Shown piece by piece: positions 60,707-64,000 of a stretch of 64,000 nucleotides of DNA. The notes beneath the pieces are model-generated. The model was not told the origin of the DNA, ran no database searches, and saw only the letters and a list, made by a program, of their open reading frames with translations. The translations under genes and the position numbers were made by a program. The stretch lies in the NCBI GenBank assembly GCA_963667035.1, contig OY762964.1, positions 1,728,001 to 1,792,000 on the forward strand. Direction: 5' to 3'. The DNA is from Candidatus Cloacimonadales bacterium (GTDB taxonomy: Bacteria > Cloacimonadota > Cloacimonadia > Cloacimonadales > JAFGVF01). Every line of letters starts with the position of its first letter. Positions within the stretch are counted from its first letter, which is position 1.

Positions 60707-62305
60707 TTAGAATTTAAATTCTATTCCGATTGAATATGTCTCAGTAGTCTCATTCTGACCTTCGATTCTACCATTATCATCCAAATCGTTCCAGAATACT
60801 TGATACTTACCTACAAGCATTGTGTTAGGTGATACTTCGGCTTTAACCTGACCGAAAATATAAGCATTCTCATCTTCCAGATACCTGATTTTGTCTACGT
60901 TGGTTTGAGAATAACCGATTGAAGCATCTTTAAAAATGGGAACAATATTCAGGTTAATACCTGCATTCGCCCATATTGATTGATATGCATCAAAGTCATT
61001 AACATTCTCGTCAGCAGTCATGTGCTGATAGGCAATTGAACCATACAAGAATTGGAATAAATCAATACGAAGTTTACCATACCATCCCTGAGAAGCAGCT
61101 ATATCTTTAAGCGTATCCTCCTTAAGTTGGATTCTTAAGCTGTCACCATCTGATTTAATTCTTGCTCTTTGATCATCATATAAGGCATCAAAGTAACCGG
61201 GGATGAATTCATCGTTAAAAATTCTATACTCAAGGTTAGAAGTAAGTTTAAAAACATTTGGTGAAATGTTCCAGACAAACTTGAAACCAGGGAATATAAT
61301 ACCGTCACCGTAATCAATAATTTTAGCATATTCGGAATAGTGAGCGATATAGAACTTAGGAGGATTCTTCCAGTCAACATTCATAGGAAACAGTGGCAAC
61401 TCATAATCAAGTCCGATAATAGTTGCATCATTATCACCAAGCTCTGTAGGTTTTAAAACATCTACTTGCTCATCAATGAGTCCTAGAGCTTCCAAACCAT
61501 CACGATAGTCTTCCCATGATAAGTTGGATTGTACTTCATCTTTCCAGTATTCATAATAGAAGTCTTCATCAAAATCATATAATCCATCACCGTCAATGTC
61601 GAAATCAAGTTCATCTGGAGTACCGTTACCATCCGAATCTGCTGCATATTCTTTATCATCAGGGAAAGCATCAAAAGCATCGGGAACTTTATCTCCGTCT
61701 GAATCAATAATACCGTTATATTGATTTCTGTCTGTAGCAATAGATGCACCAAGCATTAAATTATCAAGTAGAGGAATAGCAGTGTAATAAAAAGGATTAA
61801 CTCTTACTCTTGCAGCTAAAATATCATTCTCGGTAATATTTGAAGTGAATACTTCTGCTCCAAGATTTGCCATGCTGTAAACATTTACACCTGTATAAAG
61901 ACCTATTTGTCTTACATTGGGGTAATTTAGCATATTTGAGTAGTTATCCATTAGCAAACCGTTACCAAGAGTGTAGCCACGGATTCCACCAATCTTGAAA
62001 TAGAAAGGGTCTTGTCTTTGAGCAAAACGCAGATAATAGAATTTATTTACATAATCTTCCCAATCATCCCAGTCCTCTTCTCTAACGTTTCCGTTCTCAT
62101 CTATCAATAAATCAATATCCAAGCCAATACCAAACTTCCAAATAGCAAGTTCAGGCATAAGTCTTATTGAGGTATACATCTTATCACCTATAGTTACTGT
62201 GCCCACAGCACCACCCATAGAAAAATTATCCGTGGGTTTTTGCTCTTCTTGAGCAAAAATGATAAGAGGTAATAACAAAATTAAAAATATTGCTAGTTTC
62301 TTCAT
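60707..62305 (-). CDS. Putative outer-membrane protein with internal TSP3-like Ca-binding repeats
   Basis: Signal peptide, amphipathic strands, DSDGDKVPDAFDAFPDD / DSDGNG / DIDGDG insert and terminal IEFKF. Confidence 0.65.
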   Translation of the reverse strand: MKKLAIFLILLLPLIIFAQEEQKPTDNFSMGGAVGTVTIGDKMYTSIRLMPELAIWKFGIGLDIDLLIDENGNVREEDWDDWEDYVNKFYYLRFAQRQDPFYFKIGGIRGYTLGNGLLMDNYSNMLNYPNVRQIGLYTGVNVYSMANLGAEVFTSNITENDILAARVRVNPFYYTAIPLLDNLMLGASIATDRNQYNGIIDSDGDKVPDAFDAFPDDKEYAADSDGNGTPDELDFDIDGDGLYDFDEDFYYEYWKDEVQSNLSWEDYRDGLEALGLIDEQVDVLKPTELGDNDATIIGLDYELPLFPMNVDWKNPPKFYIAHYSEYAKIIDYGDGIIFPGFKFVWNISPNVFKLTSNLEYRIFNDEFIPGYFDALYDDQRARIKSDGDSLRIQLKEDTLKDIAASQGWYGKLRIDLFQFLYGSIAYQHMTADENVNDFDAYQSIWANAGINLNIVPIFKDASIGYSQTNVDKIRYLEDENAYIFGQVKAEVSPNTMLVGKYQVFWNDLDDNGRIEGQNETTETYSIGIEFKF

Positions 62306-62376
62306 ATTATCTCCTTCAATTCCTTTTTTATAGCATGATTAAACAAACTTAACAAATGAATAATGTCAAAGAAAAA

Positions 62377-64000
62377 TTACTTCATCTTCACTAGTTTACC
62401 GGTTAATATAGAATTTGCTCCTACGATTCTATAAAAATAGATTCCCGAAGCTATATGAGCTCCTTTGGTATTCCGACCGTCCCACTCAAAAGACTTGGAT
62501 CCGGGAAGAAGACTCTTAGTAACTACTCTTTGACCTTTAAGATTATAAATTGAAAGCTGATATTCTGCTGATTTATCTTCTGAGGATATCTTAAACTTAA
62601 CATTCTCTATAAAAGGATTAGGTCCGACCGAACACATGACAACAGGTTGAGTATTTTCTTCTATAGGAGTATGTCTTGAGGTGAAAACTACTCCATTAAG
62701 ACCTGCTATGTATATGTTTTCATTTTGATCCCTATATTCAATGTCATGCACAGTCCCAATTGTACCGGCGTTTGCAATCAAGGTTAAATCTCCATCATAA
62801 TAATAGACGTCATTGTTAACATCAACTAAGATATAATCGTTATTAAATATTTGTAGCATATCTTTTGCATGAATATCCGATATTATCATTTCCGGTTCTG
62901 TAGAGTATTTATAAACACCATAATCTGCATCATCAGAAGCAAGTAGAAGATCACTATCAAAGTCTGACTCAATCTTCAGAGTTCTCCATGAAACATTATC
63001 TAAAAGATTATAGCTATTTCTAATATAACTACTAATCGTAGTAACATTCTCACTTGCTGTATAGTAAGCTTCAGAGAAAGTATTCCAACAGATAGCTTCA
63101 CCTTGAGCTTCAATATTGTAAGGTAATACTTGAGGTTGTGCAAGCATAGCTTCTTCCACCGATTGATTAGGTGTTCTTGTCCAGTAGTATACATGGTCGT
63201 AGGTCTTAACAAGTATCTCTCTCCCGGTCATTGATATGTCACCGGCAGTTGCACCCCGGTTTACCAAATTATCAGGTGGGAATGTTGGGGAGTCAACTTC
63301 TACAACAGTTCTAAGGCTATTAGTATGTGGGGCTTCCAGCATAAATAGTTTATTCTCAGGAATATTATTAGCCGGATCTGCTTTTATCATAATATAGAAG
63401 TTAGTAGAGATTGGGTCAAACATAAGAGTCTCACAATCATAATTCCTATCCGGATACTCAAAATGAAATACGTTTGCCAATGGTAAGTCCCTAGAAATAG
63501 TATCAATATTAAGAGGTTCTTCAACTGCATAGATTTGCAAGATATCATTCGAGCCTGAATTATTACCTACATCAGCTATAAAGATATATACCGGTCCGTC
63601 ATTTGTAAGCTGACCAATAGCAATATCTTCATAATCTCTGTTGTCTGCTTGAGGAATCTGAAAAGTGTTTATTACTTCTCCAAGAGAGTTTAAAGCAAAC
63701 AATTCAGCATTTCCTCCCGAATCTGCTATAGCCCAAAATACACCCGGATGCATTGCACTGGCAACTAGTCCGGATATCTCATTAAGCTCAGGTGCAGTAA
63801 TAGTACTTTGACCGCTATAATGAAACTCAGAGATAAGCTCATCTTGATATTTATATACACTTCTACCTTCACGGCATATAATTCCTTGATTAGAGTACAC
63901 AACTTGGTCTATATCATTGACCATAAGCTCGGATAATCCCCAGTGGTAACCATTATAAGACATTAGAACACCTTCATTTGTTGTACATGTATATACTCCA
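62377..64000 (-). CDS. Secreted beta-propeller protein with FlgD-like C-terminal domain, 5' end outside the window
   Basis: Frame is open to the window edge (GVYTCTTNEGVLM). ELNEISGL, DYEDIA and GEAICW propeller motifs; ends GPNPF...WDG...SGIYF...KLVKMK. Confidence 0.75.
   Translation of the reverse strand, partial: GVYTCTTNEGVLMSYNGYHWGLSELMVNDIDQVVYSNQGIICREGRSVYKYQDELISEFHYSGQSTITAPELNEISGLVASAMHPGVFWAIADSGGNAELFALNSLGEVINTFQIPQADNRDYEDIAIGQLTNDGPVYIFIADVGNNSGSNDILQIYAVEEPLNIDTISRDLPLANVFHFEYPDRNYDCETLMFDPISTNFYIMIKADPANNIPENKLFMLEAPHTNSLRTVVEVDSPTFPPDNLVNRGATAGDISMTGREILVKTYDHVYYWTRTPNQSVEEAMLAQPQVLPYNIEAQGEAICWNTFSEAYYTASENVTTISSYIRNSYNLLDNVSWRTLKIESDFDSDLLLASDDADYGVYKYSTEPEMIISDIHAKDMLQIFNNDYILVDVNNDVYYYDGDLTLIANAGTIGTVHDIEYRDQNENIYIAGLNGVVFTSRHTPIEENTQPVVMCSVGPNPFIENVKFKISSEDKSAEYQLSIYNLKGQRVVTKSLLPGSKSFEWDGRNTKGAHIASGIYFYRIVGANSILTGKLVKMK

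Noticed and set aside
1884..63212. Numerous 60-180-aa antisense or nested ORFs in the track, and in-window selenoprotein (UGA read-through) candidates
   Set aside because: The ORFs are shadows of well-supported genes, and no gene appeared interrupted by UGA other than prfB.

Overview
AT-rich bacterial chromosome segment read in the standard code. The lineage is most likely an anaerobic Candidatus Cloacimonadota-like organism; this is inferred from the many secreted proteins ending in an FlgD-like 'PNPFNP...KMLLMK' domain, the [FeFe]-hydrogenase maturases and tRNA-Sec. Most of the window is housekeeping operons on the minus strand: cdsA-uppS-prfB (frameshifted)-dGTPase-trmB, asnS, hflX, hydG/hydE, trmFO, and pgsA-nadA-dut-ispA-xseB, plus HU. 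rpsT and rsmI are on the plus strand. Two accessory zones (about 29.0-30.1 kb and 51.8-58.3 kb) are mosaics of shuffled GTAG/GTAC-headed REP-like hairpins, a duplicated ~245-bp element and IS remnants. The second zone also holds two secreted-protein genes sharing a 3' module and an orphan 3-repeat CRISPR array. The most notable observations are: a candidate Tyr-sensing leader-peptide attenuator in front of the hydG operon (HydG consumes tyrosine), a tRNA-Sec with a 7/5 fold, a uORF in front of hflX, and REP clusters abutting the stop codons of sorting-domain genes. All calls were made by eye; no database searches were run.
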